A stretch of DNA of 64,000 bases. Source: Planctomycetota bacterium. GTDB lineage: Bacteria; Planctomycetota; B15-G4. Shown here piece by piece: positions 10,672-20,096 of this stretch (positions are counted from its first letter, which is position 1; each line of letters starts with the position of its first letter). Both the position numbers and the translations under genes were made by a program. The notes under the pieces are model-generated. The model ran no database searches, was not told the origin of the DNA, and worked only from the letters and a program-made list of their open reading frames with translations. The DNA lies in contig CBDFJQ010000002.1 of NCBI GenBank assembly GCA_965248575.1, forward strand, positions 896,001-960,000. The letters are read 5' to 3'.

Positions 10672-11672
10672 GAGGCAACTCGCTCCTGCACCAGGCCATC
10701 CCCCAGGATCTGGTCGACACCGTGCGTCCCTTCAGCCACCCGCGTGCCGGGCATCACGAGGCAGCGTCTCAGCTGGACCTGGTCCTCGACAACACACCCT
10801 TCAGCGACCGTGGTGCCTCCCACCAGGTGCGCGCCCGGGGAGACATCCGCGCTCGGGTGGACCAAAGACTGGGACTTGTGCCGAAGCCCACCCGCTGCGA
10901 GCAACTCCGCGTCCACCGTGACCTGCTCGCTCAGCGCCGCAGCCTGCGCAGCCACGAGGTCCTGCATGGTGCCCGTGTCGTGCCAGCCACCAGGATGAAC
11001 CCACCCCTCACAGGGCAGGCCCGACTCAATCGCAGGCACGTAGCCCTGTCGGATGAAGCAGGAGGGGGTGCGGGGCAAGCGATCGAGAAACTCGGGCTCA
11101 AACACGTGTGCACTCGCGTTCACGAAGGCGCGCTCCGAATCCCCGTGCACCAGCGCGCGTTTCGAGGGCGCGACGAGCCCCGCGATATCCGTCAGGGGCC
11201 CGCCGCCTGAGCTGGATACGTTGACGGCACCGTAGCGAACCGGATCTGCGGCCTGGGTCAGCGCCATGGTGGCCACCGCACCTGCACGGATGTGGTGGCG
11301 CGCGAGGGCCGCCAGGTCGAAGTCGGCGACGATGTCCGGCAGAAGCAGCAACAAGCGTTCGCGCGGCATCCGGGCCCAGAGGTTCGCCAGGCCACCGCCC
11401 GTGCCGAGCAGCTCAGGCTCTCTTACGACCGTGATCTCAAGCGGAGGAACAGCCACGTGCTCCACGAAGTCCACCACCTGCTGCGCCAGGTGCCAGGCAT
11501 TGATCCAGACCCGCTGGACGCCGCTTCGAGCGAGGGCCGTCAGCGTGTGCTCCAGCAACGGCCGGTTGAGAAAAGGCATCAGGGGCTTGGGGCGCTGAAG
11601 AGTCATGGGCTGAAGCCGGCGCCCCTCGCCAGCCGCGAGAACCACCGCCTGCCTTGGAATGCTGATGCTCAT
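10668..11672 (-). CDS. Sugar-phosphate nucleotidyltransferase (MurU / mannose-1-P guanylyltransferase-like) with short C-terminal beta-helix
   Basis: AVVLAAGEGRRLQPMT--RPKPL, EPELLGTGGG, W-DTGT; hexapeptide-like tail. Confidence 0.85.
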   Translation of the reverse strand: MSISIPRQAVVLAAGEGRRLQPMTLQRPKPLMPFLNRPLLEHTLTALARSGVQRVWINAWHLAQQVVDFVEHVAVPPLEITVVREPELLGTGGGLANLWARMPRERLLLLLPDIVADFDLAALARHHIRAGAVATMALTQAADPVRYGAVNVSSSGGGPLTDIAGLVAPSKRALVHGDSERAFVNASAHVFEPEFLDRLPRTPSCFIRQGYVPAIESGLPCEGWVHPGGWHDTGTMQDLVAAQAAALSEQVTVDAELLAAGGLRHKSQSLVHPSADVSPGAHLVGGTTVAEGCVVEDQVQLRRCLVMPGTRVAEGTHGVDQILGDGLVQERVAS

Positions 11673-12712
11673 GAAGCGCTTTGCGTTCCGGGGTCCGGGC
11701 GATCCAGCGCAGGCGGCTCGGCAGCCCTTTGCCCTTGGGCGGGACGCGCTGGTGATTCGTGCGGCGGACGGGCGGGGCTGGCCGGGTCTGACGCTTCGGG
11801 AGCAGCGGGCGAGCTGACGGCGGCCTGCGAAGCCAGGGTCGCGAAGGCGAGATCCAGGACGGGGACCTTGAGACCGTGCAGCTGGAGCAGTCGACGCGCT
11901 TGCTTCGCTGCGGGAGGAATGAACTGCGCCCAGGCTCCCTGTTTTTCCGCGAAGGTTCCGATGGCCTTCGCCAATCTCTGGACAGCGACCGCGCCAACGT
12001 GCGGACTCTCGCCCGCAATGCGGTCACGGATGTCGTCAGGGAGCTCGACGTAGGGGTCGTAGGCGAGAGAAGCGCGGTCGTACCCCAAAGGGCCGGGGAG
12101 CGCGTCCTGGTGGTCGACGACGCGAACCTGGTTTTCATGCAGCAGAAGATTCCGGCTGTGGAAATCCCGGTGACACAGAACCTCTGGGGCTGCAGTGCAG
12201 GCTGCCACGATCTGCTCCAGGTCTTGCGTCAGCGAGGCACCCGCCCCCTCTGGCAAGCGAAGGGCGAGCTGCACGAACTGTTCCAACTCCGTCATCAAGC
12301 GGCGCGCATCCAGAGGTGGGCGCGGGGACGTGCTCAGTCGCAGATCATGGATCCTCGGAAGCAGCGAGACCGCTTCGCTGTAGGCGCCCGCGATGGGCAG
12401 ACCCTGCCCCCTAGCGGCTGCCAGGGTGATGTCACCCAGATCCTCCTGCAGGATCCACGATTGATCCGGACGGCTGTCGTAGATTTCCGGAACGGGGAGG
12501 CCAGCCTCCCTCAGCAGCAGGGTGGAGCGAGCCACCCGCTCGATCTCGGCCGGCCGGGCTGCGCGCGGGAATTGCATGAAGATGGCCGTGGGCACCGGCA
12601 ATCCGGGTGGCCCGTGAAGACGGGCATAACGACGGCCTGATGCCTCCGTGGGGAGCCATTCGATCCTGTCGCAGCGGGGGGCCTGCGGTATGGTAGTCGC
12701 CATACTCGGCAT
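11669..12712 (-). CDS. APH-family phosphotransferase, AmgK-like anomeric MurNAc/GlcNAc kinase
   Basis: EASGRRY-R, LQEDLGD, HRDFHSRNLL, DHQDAL-GP--YD-ASL--DPYV; start at 12712 or 12703 (the ORF-track extension overlaps the divergent gene). Confidence 0.8.
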   Translation of the reverse strand: MPSMATTIPQAPRCDRIEWLPTEASGRRYARLHGPPGLPVPTAIFMQFPRAARPAEIERVARSTLLLREAGLPVPEIYDSRPDQSWILQEDLGDITLAAARGQGLPIAGAYSEAVSLLPRIHDLRLSTSPRPPLDARRLMTELEQFVQLALRLPEGAGASLTQDLEQIVAACTAAPEVLCHRDFHSRNLLLHENQVRVVDHQDALPGPLGYDRASLAYDPYVELPDDIRDRIAGESPHVGAVAVQRLAKAIGTFAEKQGAWAQFIPPAAKQARRLLQLHGLKVPVLDLAFATLASQAAVSSPAAPEASDPASPARPPHESPARPAQGQRAAEPPALDRPDPGTQSAS

Positions 12713-12847
12713 CCTATCGAGAGAGCACCGCGACTTCATGAAGCGTCCCCATATGACTTTGCAGTGATCGACAAGAACGGCTGCCAGCCGATGCTCGCCC
12801 GAGCATCCCAGCACCAGCCCCGAACATTTGCTAAGTAGGCGAGAGAC

Positions 12848-14485
12848 ATGATGGGTTCCCTGTGTTCCACGCTCCTGACCTCGCTCGTGCTCGCGGCCGC
12901 CCTCAGTACGGCTGCTCTCGGTGCGGCTCCTCTGGCCCCCCGTTTGGACCCAGTGCTGGGGCCTGTGATGGGCAATGGGATGAGCCCCGAGGACCCGGAG
13001 CTGGTGACCGAATTCCGCCGCTACTTCTCCAAAGACAAGACACCGATCCAACGCCGAGAGGCCGTCCTGAACCTCCAGGACGTGGACTCCCTCAATGCCA
13101 CCCAGGCCTTGCTCGATGCCTTCAAGGACGAGGAATACCTGGTGCGTCGTGCCGCCATCGACATCGTGTCTGCCTATCGTGACGAGCCCTCGGCCAGGTG
13201 GTTACTGGACGGCGTGCTCCTAGACCGCAAACTTTCAAAGAACACCCAGGTCGTCTCGACCGTGGCCGAAGCCTTGGGCGGCATGCAGCATGCCTTCGCG
13301 CTGGACCCTCTTGTGGATCTGGTCGGCCACCGGGATCTGGGCGTCCGCCTCGGAAGCATCGCTGGCCTGGGCCGCTTGAAGAACCCGGGGGCACTGGAGC
13401 CGCTCGCCGAGCTCATTCTCGAGGCTGAAGCTCCCGACGCCGTGCTGATCGCCTCGCTCGACACCCTGGGGAAGCTGGGGGACGCCAAGCGCGGCGTGGC
13501 GGCCGTGCTGGCGGCCTTGGCCAACGACTCGAAGCAAGTGCGCTTGAAGGCGGTCGAGACGGTTCAGACGCTGCACATGAAGGCCGGCGTGCGCCCGCTG
13601 ATCCTCATGATGGGTAGCGACCCGGATGCTCGCGTGGCGGAAGATGCCTTCGAAGTCCTGCGCGCCATCACCTTGCGCAAGTTCGAAGACAACATGGACC
13701 AGTGGTTGGCCTGGTGGGATCGCAACGAGCGCAGCTTCGAACTCCCGGATCTCGCCAAGGTCGCCGCGGCCCTGAAGGTGCTTGAGGAATCAGGCACCCG
13801 CTACGGTGGGGGGGCCAAGTCCTTCGAGAACATCGAGACGAAGAGCGAGAACATCGTCTTCGTGATCGACGTCAGCCAGAGCATGTCGGAACCCTTCGGG
13901 GACCCGGAACGCCTGAAGCTCAGCGGCCGGGAGTACAGCTCCCTGCAGCGTTTGGAAATCGTGAAGGAAGAGCTGGCCAACACCATCGACTCCCTTCCGG
14001 ACACCACCAATTTCAACATCGTCGCCTACGCGACCGGAGTCGATCTTTGGAAGAAGAAGGCGGCGCGCGCAAGCATCCTGAATCGCAACAACGCGGTGAA
14101 CTGGGTCAAGGCCCTGAGCCCACGTGGGGGTGAGGCAGCGGGCTTCCGGGCGAGGATGGGCCACAACAACAACTCGTCGGACGAGGGGCGCACCAACACC
14201 TACCTGGCGCTCATGACGGCCTTCGGCGAGGACGTGGACAAGCGTAAGCCCAACGCGTTCGTGACCAAGATCACCGACCCCGTCGACACGATCTTCTTCC
14301 TCACCGACGGCGAACCCACGGTGGGCAAGAGCGTGGACATGTCGGAGATCCGGGAAGAGGTTGCCCGGGTCAATGCGTTCAGGGGCGTCCAGATTCACGT
14401 CATCTACGTGGGCGCTTATGGGGGCACCGACTTCCAGAAGCTGGCCGATGACAACGGAGGCGTCTTCGTCTCCATCGGGGGCTAG
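12848..14485 (+). CDS. Secreted HEAT-repeat protein with C-terminal vWA domain
   Basis: Signal peptide; HEAT/PBS-like repeats; W-AWW linker; vWA MIDAS FVIDVSQSM, TNTY-AL, IFFLTDGEPT-G. Confidence 0.85.
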   Translation: MMGSLCSTLLTSLVLAAALSTAALGAAPLAPRLDPVLGPVMGNGMSPEDPELVTEFRRYFSKDKTPIQRREAVLNLQDVDSLNATQALLDAFKDEEYLVRRAAIDIVSAYRDEPSARWLLDGVLLDRKLSKNTQVVSTVAEALGGMQHAFALDPLVDLVGHRDLGVRLGSIAGLGRLKNPGALEPLAELILEAEAPDAVLIASLDTLGKLGDAKRGVAAVLAALANDSKQVRLKAVETVQTLHMKAGVRPLILMMGSDPDARVAEDAFEVLRAITLRKFEDNMDQWLAWWDRNERSFELPDLAKVAAALKVLEESGTRYGGGAKSFENIETKSENIVFVIDVSQSMSEPFGDPERLKLSGREYSSLQRLEIVKEELANTIDSLPDTTNFNIVAYATGVDLWKKKAARASILNRNNAVNWVKALSPRGGEAAGFRARMGHNNNSSDEGRTNTYLALMTAFGEDVDKRKPNAFVTKITDPVDTIFFLTDGEPTVGKSVDMSEIREEVARVNAFRGVQIHVIYVGAYGGTDFQKLADDNGGVFVSIGG

Positions 14486-14578
14486 AGCCCCGCCAGCCTG
14501 CCAGTAGGGGAGCCACCGGCATCACCAGCTCGGGAGAGCCATGAGTGGGCTGGGCCGGTGAGCCGGGCGGTTTCGAAG

Positions 14579-14655
14579 TGGTCGGGGTGACTGGATTCGA
14601 ACCAGCGGCCTCAGCGTCCCGAACGCTGCGCTCTACCAAACTGAGCCACACCCCG
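14579..14655 (-). tRNA. tRNA-Pro (anticodon CGG)
   Basis: Reverse complement CGGGGTGTGGCTCAGTTTGGTAGAGCGCAGCGTTCGGGACGCTGAGGCCGCTGGTTCGAATCCAGTCACCCCGACCA folds as a cloverleaf with TTCGAAT T-loop and encoded CCA. Confidence 0.97.
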
Positions 14656-14745
14656 ACGCTTCGGATGGGGCACTTGGTGCCCTTGGACCGTCGAATCGGC
14701 CAACTATGCCCGCGACCCCATCGGGGTGCAAGAGCCACCCCGGCC

Positions 14746-15762
14746 TCAGCCTGTTGCGCCTGTGGTCGGCCCCGGCGGGAGGGCTTTCTTCCGCAGCAGG
14801 AAGCCGGCCCCACCGATGATCGCGATGAAGACGAAGTTGACCAGATGGGTCACGACTGCTGAGATGCCCGCCGCCTCCTTGCTCACCTCCGCGAGCAGTG
14901 TGTAGCCAGCGACCCAGCCTGCTTCCCAGGACCCCAGACCACCCAAGGTGTTGACCGGGAGCACGGTACTCAGGTGCAGCCCGGTCGTCCCCACGAGGCT
15001 GCGGGCGAAGCCCACGGAGCCCAGCTCATGCCCCACGGGGTCGGTGACCAAGCTGGCGGCAGGTGAGCCCATGGCCGTGACCAGGAAGTAGTAGGTGGTG
15101 TAGGTGAGTGCCCAAGTGGCCAAGGAGATCCCAGCGGCCGCGAGCAGACGCCCCAAGCTGAGATCGCCCAGATGGGTGCACGCCCTCGCCACGAAGGTGC
15201 TGAGCTTGCCCTTCCCTTCAGTGGGCAGCCTGCGAGCGACCCAGCGACTGAGAGGGCCCATGAGCAAGAGACCCAGGCCCAGGCTCAGCAGGACCAGCGT
15301 GGCCTGGGTCGAGGCCTGGTCGGCCGTCTTGCCCGCCACGCCGTTCCAGGCGATTCCCAAGCTCAGGTAGGCCGCCACGCAAAAGAGATCCAGGACCCGG
15401 CAGACGATGAGGGCCGCACCTCCCTCTGCGAGGGGGCGCCCACACTCGCGCTGAAGCATCCACGGCAGGGCCAGCTCCCCGGATCGCAGGGGCAGCACCA
15501 GATTCAGGAAGTTGTGGCGACCGGCGATCGAGGCCAGATGGACCACGCCGCTCAGACCGGGCAGGAGCACCGCGAAGCGCAGGGCCCTCCCCAAATAGCT
15601 GCCTAGGTAGACCAGGAAGGCGAGCCCCACGTGCAGGCCCGACAGGCTCCTGAGGCGCTCCGCGACCCCCTCGCCCATCTCGGACGGCTTGAGGTCCAGA
15701 AACGCCATCACGAGCGCACCCAGGACCAGGGTCGCCACCAGAGCCGAAACCAGGCGCTTCAA
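14746..15762 (-). CDS. Lysylphosphatidylglycerol synthase TM-region / flippase-like membrane protein (UPF0104)
   Basis: Multiple TM helices; RALRF, NLVLPLRSGE, R-LD, LP-NT-GG-GSWE motifs. Confidence 0.8.
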   Translation of the reverse strand: MKRLVSALVATLVLGALVMAFLDLKPSEMGEGVAERLRSLSGLHVGLAFLVYLGSYLGRALRFAVLLPGLSGVVHLASIAGRHNFLNLVLPLRSGELALPWMLQRECGRPLAEGGAALIVCRVLDLFCVAAYLSLGIAWNGVAGKTADQASTQATLVLLSLGLGLLLMGPLSRWVARRLPTEGKGKLSTFVARACTHLGDLSLGRLLAAAGISLATWALTYTTYYFLVTAMGSPAASLVTDPVGHELGSVGFARSLVGTTGLHLSTVLPVNTLGGLGSWEAGWVAGYTLLAEVSKEAAGISAVVTHLVNFVFIAIIGGAGFLLRKKALPPGPTTGATG

Positions 15763-15849
15763 GAAGCCATCTCAAAGAGATCAGTCGAGCGAGCGCACAG
15801 ACAAACTCCCATGCATCGATGACTTCGATCGTCAGCTGTCCGGCCAAGC

Positions 15850-18060
15850 ATGAGCGAAGTCTCGCAAACCCATGGCGTAGAGCGCACCGCGTTCGGAAGA
15901 ATGCCTCCCGTGGACTCCCCCTCACCCAGCACGGCCCGGCGACTGCTCTTGGCGCTTGGGCTGCTCGTTCCCTTGGTCGTCGATCCCTACGGCCTGGACA
16001 CCCTGTCCGTAGAGCGCCTGAGCCTGTGCCTCATCGGCTCGCTGCTGCTGGGCCTCGAGGCGACGGAGGGGCTGTTTGCGAGACGCCCGCTGCTCGGCCT
16101 GGCGCCGGCCGAGGCGCTGCTGCTGGCCCTGATTGTCTGGTCGGCTGCGAGCTTGAGCTGGGCCACGAACCCGATGCTGGGCCTGGCCCCGGTGCTCATG
16201 TTGGTGGCGTTGCTGGGGCTGGCCCGGACGGTGCGGGCGCTCACCTCTGGAACGGCGGGCGCCCGGCGTTGGCTGCTGGCCTTGACCGGCGTGGGGCTGG
16301 TGGCCATGGCTCTCGACGCAACGGCGATCCAGGAGCGCTCGACCGAGCTCAGCGAGGATGCCGCCAAGTACGCGTCCTTCCTCTTCGCGCACAACAACAT
16401 GGGAGCCAACTACGCCATGGTGTTGCTGCCCATCGGCGCAGCACTCACCCTGGGGCTCAAGTCCTGGAGCCGGTTGCTGCCCCTGCTGATGCTCGTGGGC
16501 GGTGTCGCCTACCTGCTCCTGCTCGGGAGCCGCTCGGGCCTGCTCTTCGCCGCGCTCGGCTTGCCCGCGCTCGCGGGTCTCTTCCTGCTGCGCGACCGGG
16601 TCACGCAACTGCGCTGGACACGCCGGCTCTCCGCCGCGCTGGCCTTCCCGCTTGTGCTGGCCTTGGCCGTGCTGCCCTTCTCGGACAAGGCACGGGGCGT
16701 CTCGAAGGATGCCTTCTATGCGGCGACGCGCCTCGCGCAGGAATACGGGGTGGCCGATCTCCAGGACTCCGGATTCCGCCCGCACGTCTTCCAGAAAACC
16801 ATCGCCATGGCGAAGGAGGTACCCCTGCGCGGCGTGGGCGTGGCCAACTGGTCTGTGGAGTATCCGCGCTTCGAGCGACACATCCTGGATCGACCGCACG
16901 CCCACAACGACGCACTGCAGGTGCTGGCGGAGTTGGGCATCCCCGGGCTCGCCTTGTTCCTGGCGCTCTTCGCCTCGCTGCTGCTGACACAAGTGCGCGT
17001 GATCATCGGAAGTCGTTCGGGGGTCGGCTACGCCTGCGCGCTGGGTCTGCTGGGCGCCACCTTGGCCTTCTTGTTCTGCGGGCTGTTCGAGGTGCCCATG
17101 ACCATGGGGTCGACGGCGTCCATCTTGGGCATCTTGATCGGGTTGACGTGCCGCTTGGGTGAGATGGGGACCCGCCACCCCCGGCTCTTGCGCCCCAACC
17201 CGCTCCTGTCCCTGGCCGTGATTGCCTTGTCGACGGCTGGTCTCGCGTACGTAATTCAACGCCTGCCGGCTTCGGCTGCAGCCTCCAAGGCCATCGAGCT
17301 CCGGAAGCATGGGGACGAACAAGGAGCCCTCAGCGCCCTGCTCGATGTCGCGGGGATGCGCACCGGCTCTTGGGTTCCCGAGTTGCAGATCGCACAGCTG
17401 GAACTGGAACGAGGAGAGTTCGAAACGGCCTTGCTGCACGCACGCGCAGCCCGAGTCCTCTCGCCCTACAAGACCGAGTTGATGCGACTGGAAGGCCAGA
17501 TATTCCTCGCTCTTGAGCGCTTCGATGAAGCGGTGTCATCGTTCCAGCAAGCCGCAGAGGCAGCACCTGGGAGCGAGTCTGCACAGACCGAAGCGATCGA
17601 GGCCCTGGCCCAGGCCAAGCGCTTGCCCGAGGCCATCGACCTGCTCACCTACAAACTCCAGTCGCAGATCCGCACCGTGAACATCGACGCCGTGCTGCGC
17701 CTGGCGCGCTACTGGCGCCAACTCTCGGAGCAAGAGGCGGAGCAGCAGTCGGAAGAGTCCCGCATGGCTGCAATGGTGGCCGCGCGACACTTCTATGCCG
17801 TGGTGCTTGAGGACGGGCCATCGAGCCGCTGGCCGGAGGTCGCGCCAGAGTTCAAGCACATGACGCATCTGCTGCAAGTGTTGCCGGGCTCCCCGGATTG
17901 TTGGTGGCCCACCTACGAGAGCTTCCTCACCACAGGCGGCTGGCATCGGCCGAACACCGCGCTGTGGACATCCATGGACGCCGATGGCGTGAAGCTCTAT
18001 CCCGGCTGGAAGGAACCCGCAGGGCCACCTGTTCCGCGACACCTGCGAAACCTGCCCTAG
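15850..18060 (+). CDS. O-antigen ligase (Wzy_C) family membrane protein with C-terminal TPRs
   Basis: Many TM helices; SRSG, P-RGVG--NW---Y, HAHND-LQ--AELG--G; TPR-like tail. Confidence 0.8.
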   Translation: MSEVSQTHGVERTAFGRMPPVDSPSPSTARRLLLALGLLVPLVVDPYGLDTLSVERLSLCLIGSLLLGLEATEGLFARRPLLGLAPAEALLLALIVWSAASLSWATNPMLGLAPVLMLVALLGLARTVRALTSGTAGARRWLLALTGVGLVAMALDATAIQERSTELSEDAAKYASFLFAHNNMGANYAMVLLPIGAALTLGLKSWSRLLPLLMLVGGVAYLLLLGSRSGLLFAALGLPALAGLFLLRDRVTQLRWTRRLSAALAFPLVLALAVLPFSDKARGVSKDAFYAATRLAQEYGVADLQDSGFRPHVFQKTIAMAKEVPLRGVGVANWSVEYPRFERHILDRPHAHNDALQVLAELGIPGLALFLALFASLLLTQVRVIIGSRSGVGYACALGLLGATLAFLFCGLFEVPMTMGSTASILGILIGLTCRLGEMGTRHPRLLRPNPLLSLAVIALSTAGLAYVIQRLPASAAASKAIELRKHGDEQGALSALLDVAGMRTGSWVPELQIAQLELERGEFETALLHARAARVLSPYKTELMRLEGQIFLALERFDEAVSSFQQAAEAAPGSESAQTEAIEALAQAKRLPEAIDLLTYKLQSQIRTVNIDAVLRLARYWRQLSEQEAEQQSEESRMAAMVAARHFYAVVLEDGPSSRWPEVAPEFKHMTHLLQVLPGSPDCWWPTYESFLTTGGWHRPNTALWTSMDADGVKLYPGWKEPAGPPVPRHLRNLP

Positions 18061-18107
18061 GATTGCGCCGAGCTGCTCATGCTTCGTGACTTCACTGGCG
18101 GCATTCC

Positions 18108-18211
18108 GGGCGAGGCTGTTTCCAAGCGACGGATCTGCTGCTCAGACAACTCGGCAATACCGACGCCTCGAAGACTCGCCTCAGATCCGTCGCTTGGAAG
18201 CAGCCCAGCCC
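18108..18211. repeat. Long inverted repeat (24-bp arms, 44-nt spacer)
   Basis: GGCTGTTTCCAAGCGACGGATCTG (18114-18137) vs CAGATCCGTCGCTTGGAAGCAGCC (18182-18205): 23/24 complementary plus one G-T; outer GGGC/GCCC. Confidence 0.8.
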
Positions 18212-18461
18212 TCGTCGGTGGGGGAGTCGGGCCATGGGACGCGCGGCGCAAGTGCTCGCGCACCAGAGCCGCTGACGCCAAGGACTGGCAGATCGCGGAA
18301 GGGTGAGCATCTTTTTCGTTGGGCAGAAAGCGGGGAGGCGGGGTCCTGCGGGCCATGAACCCGGGTCCACGACCCAGGCGTGCCGTCAGCATTCCCCGCC
18401 CCCGGTCAAGTCGCCTGGGTGGGTCCCCGATACGTTTGTTTCTCCTCCTTCTTCTTCTCGC

Positions 18462-18509
18462 GGCCCGGGCCTTCGGGGGCATTTCCGCCCCGGAGGCCCG
18501 GGTTCTTTC
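18462..18509 (+). terminator. GC-rich hairpin followed by a T-rich stretch in the guaB leader (possible terminator/attenuator)
   Basis: CCCGGGCCTTCGGGG...CCCCGGAGGCCCGGG stem followed by TTCTTTC. Confidence 0.4.
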
Positions 18510-18555
18510 AAGGGGGACCATTCCAAGGCTGGCGCTCGTTTGTTCCAATCGCTCG

Positions 18556-20082
18556 ATGGAAACAGTCACAGCGCCTTCGACACCGCGACCTGGGGCTGAA
18601 AACCCGGGTTCCGGGTCTTCAAACCTCGCCGGCAAGCTGCTCGGCGAAGCCCTCACCTTCGACGACGTGCTTCTGGTTCCCCGTCGATCGGACATTGTTC
18701 CGAGTGGCGTCCACACCGGGTCCCGTCTGACCCCGCGCCTCTCGTTGAATGTCCCGCTGCTCTCCGCGGCCATGGACACCGTCACCGAGTCGAAGCTCGC
18801 CATCTCCCTGGCGCGTTCCGGTGGCCTCGGAGTGATCCACAAGAACCTCGACCCGGCAGGCCAGGTCAGCGAGGTGCGCAAGGTCAAGCGCTCGGCACAC
18901 GGTGTGATCAGAGACCCCGTCACCTTGTCTCCCAGCGAGACCATTGGTCGTGCGCAGGAGCTCATGACCAACCACAACATCTCCGGCCTTCCGATCATCG
19001 GTGAAGGCGATCGCGTGGTGGGCATCCTCACCAACCGCGACCTGCGCTTTCACCGCTCGCCGGAAACACGCATCGAGGATGTCATGACGTCGCGCCTGGT
19101 GACGTCGGGGCCGTCCACGACCCTGGAGTCCGCGAAGGACACCCTGCACCAGAACAAGATCGAGAAGCTGCTGCTGGTCGATGAAGAAGGCCGCCTGAAG
19201 GGCCTGATCACCATGCGCGACATCACCGAGACCGCCAAGTGGCCGGCGGCTTGTCGCGACGACCTGGGTCGCCTGCGCGTAGGCGCCGCCGTCGGCGTGC
19301 GGGAATTTGAACGCATCGAAGCCCTGGTGGATGCCGACGTCGACCTGATCGTGGTGGACACGGCACATGGTCACAGCAAGAACGTGATCGAGACCGTGAG
19401 CTACGTGAAAGAGAAGTTCGACATCGAAGTCGTCGCTGGCAACATTGCTACCGCGGATGCAGCCCGCGACCTGATTGCCGCTGGCGCCGACTCGCTGAAG
19501 GTCGGCATCGGCCCCGGCTCCATCTGCACCACGCGCATCGTTGCAGGTGTGGGCATGCCGCAACTGACAGCCGTCGCCAATGTGGTCGAGGTCGCCCGCC
19601 CTGCGGGGGTTTCCGTGATCGCGGATGGCGGCATCCGTCACAGCGGGGATGTGGTCAAGGCCCTGGCGGCGGGCGCAAACGCCGTCATGATCGGCGCACT
19701 CTTCGCCGGGCTGGACGAAAGCCCTGGAGAGCGCGTGCTCTACAAGGGCCGCTCGTACAAGACGGTGCGCGGCATGGGGTCCTTGGGGGCCATGGTCGAC
19801 GGCAGCCGGGACCGCTACGGACAGGGCGACATCGACACCTCCGACAAGCTCGTCCCAGAGGGTGTCGAAGGCCTGGTGCCCTACAAGGGGCCCTTGGCGC
19901 CGTTCGTATACCAGATGGTGGGCGGCCTCAGGTCCGGGATGGGATACTTGGGCGTGGCCAACATCGCCGATCTGGCTGAGCATGCGCAGTTCGTGCGCGT
20001 CAGCCCGGCGTCGCTGCGCGAGAACCATCCGCACGACATCGAGATCACCAAGGAAGCACCCAACTACCACTCACAGTCCTGA
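18556..20082 (+). CDS. guaB: IMP dehydrogenase
   Basis: [18 protein letters not shown], two CBS domains, DTAHGHS, catalytic [23 protein letters not shown]; start at ATG 18556. Confidence 0.97.
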   Translation: METVTAPSTPRPGAENPGSGSSNLAGKLLGEALTFDDVLLVPRRSDIVPSGVHTGSRLTPRLSLNVPLLSAAMDTVTESKLAISLARSGGLGVIHKNLDPAGQVSEVRKVKRSAHGVIRDPVTLSPSETIGRAQELMTNHNISGLPIIGEGDRVVGILTNRDLRFHRSPETRIEDVMTSRLVTSGPSTTLESAKDTLHQNKIEKLLLVDEEGRLKGLITMRDITETAKWPAACRDDLGRLRVGAAVGVREFERIEALVDADVDLIVVDTAHGHSKNVIETVSYVKEKFDIEVVAGNIATADAARDLIAAGADSLKVGIGPGSICTTRIVAGVGMPQLTAVANVVEVARPAGVSVIADGGIRHSGDVVKALAAGANAVMIGALFAGLDESPGERVLYKGRSYKTVRGMGSLGAMVDGSRDRYGQGDIDTSDKLVPEGVEGLVPYKGPLAPFVYQMVGGLRSGMGYLGVANIADLAEHAQFVRVSPASLRENHPHDIEITKEAPNYHSQS

Positions 20083-20096
20083 GGTCCAGAGCGCGC

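Noticed and set aside
14579..14655. tRNA-Pro as an integration site for a genomic island
   Set aside because: No integrase, no duplicated tRNA 3' end noticed and no compositional shift in the flanks
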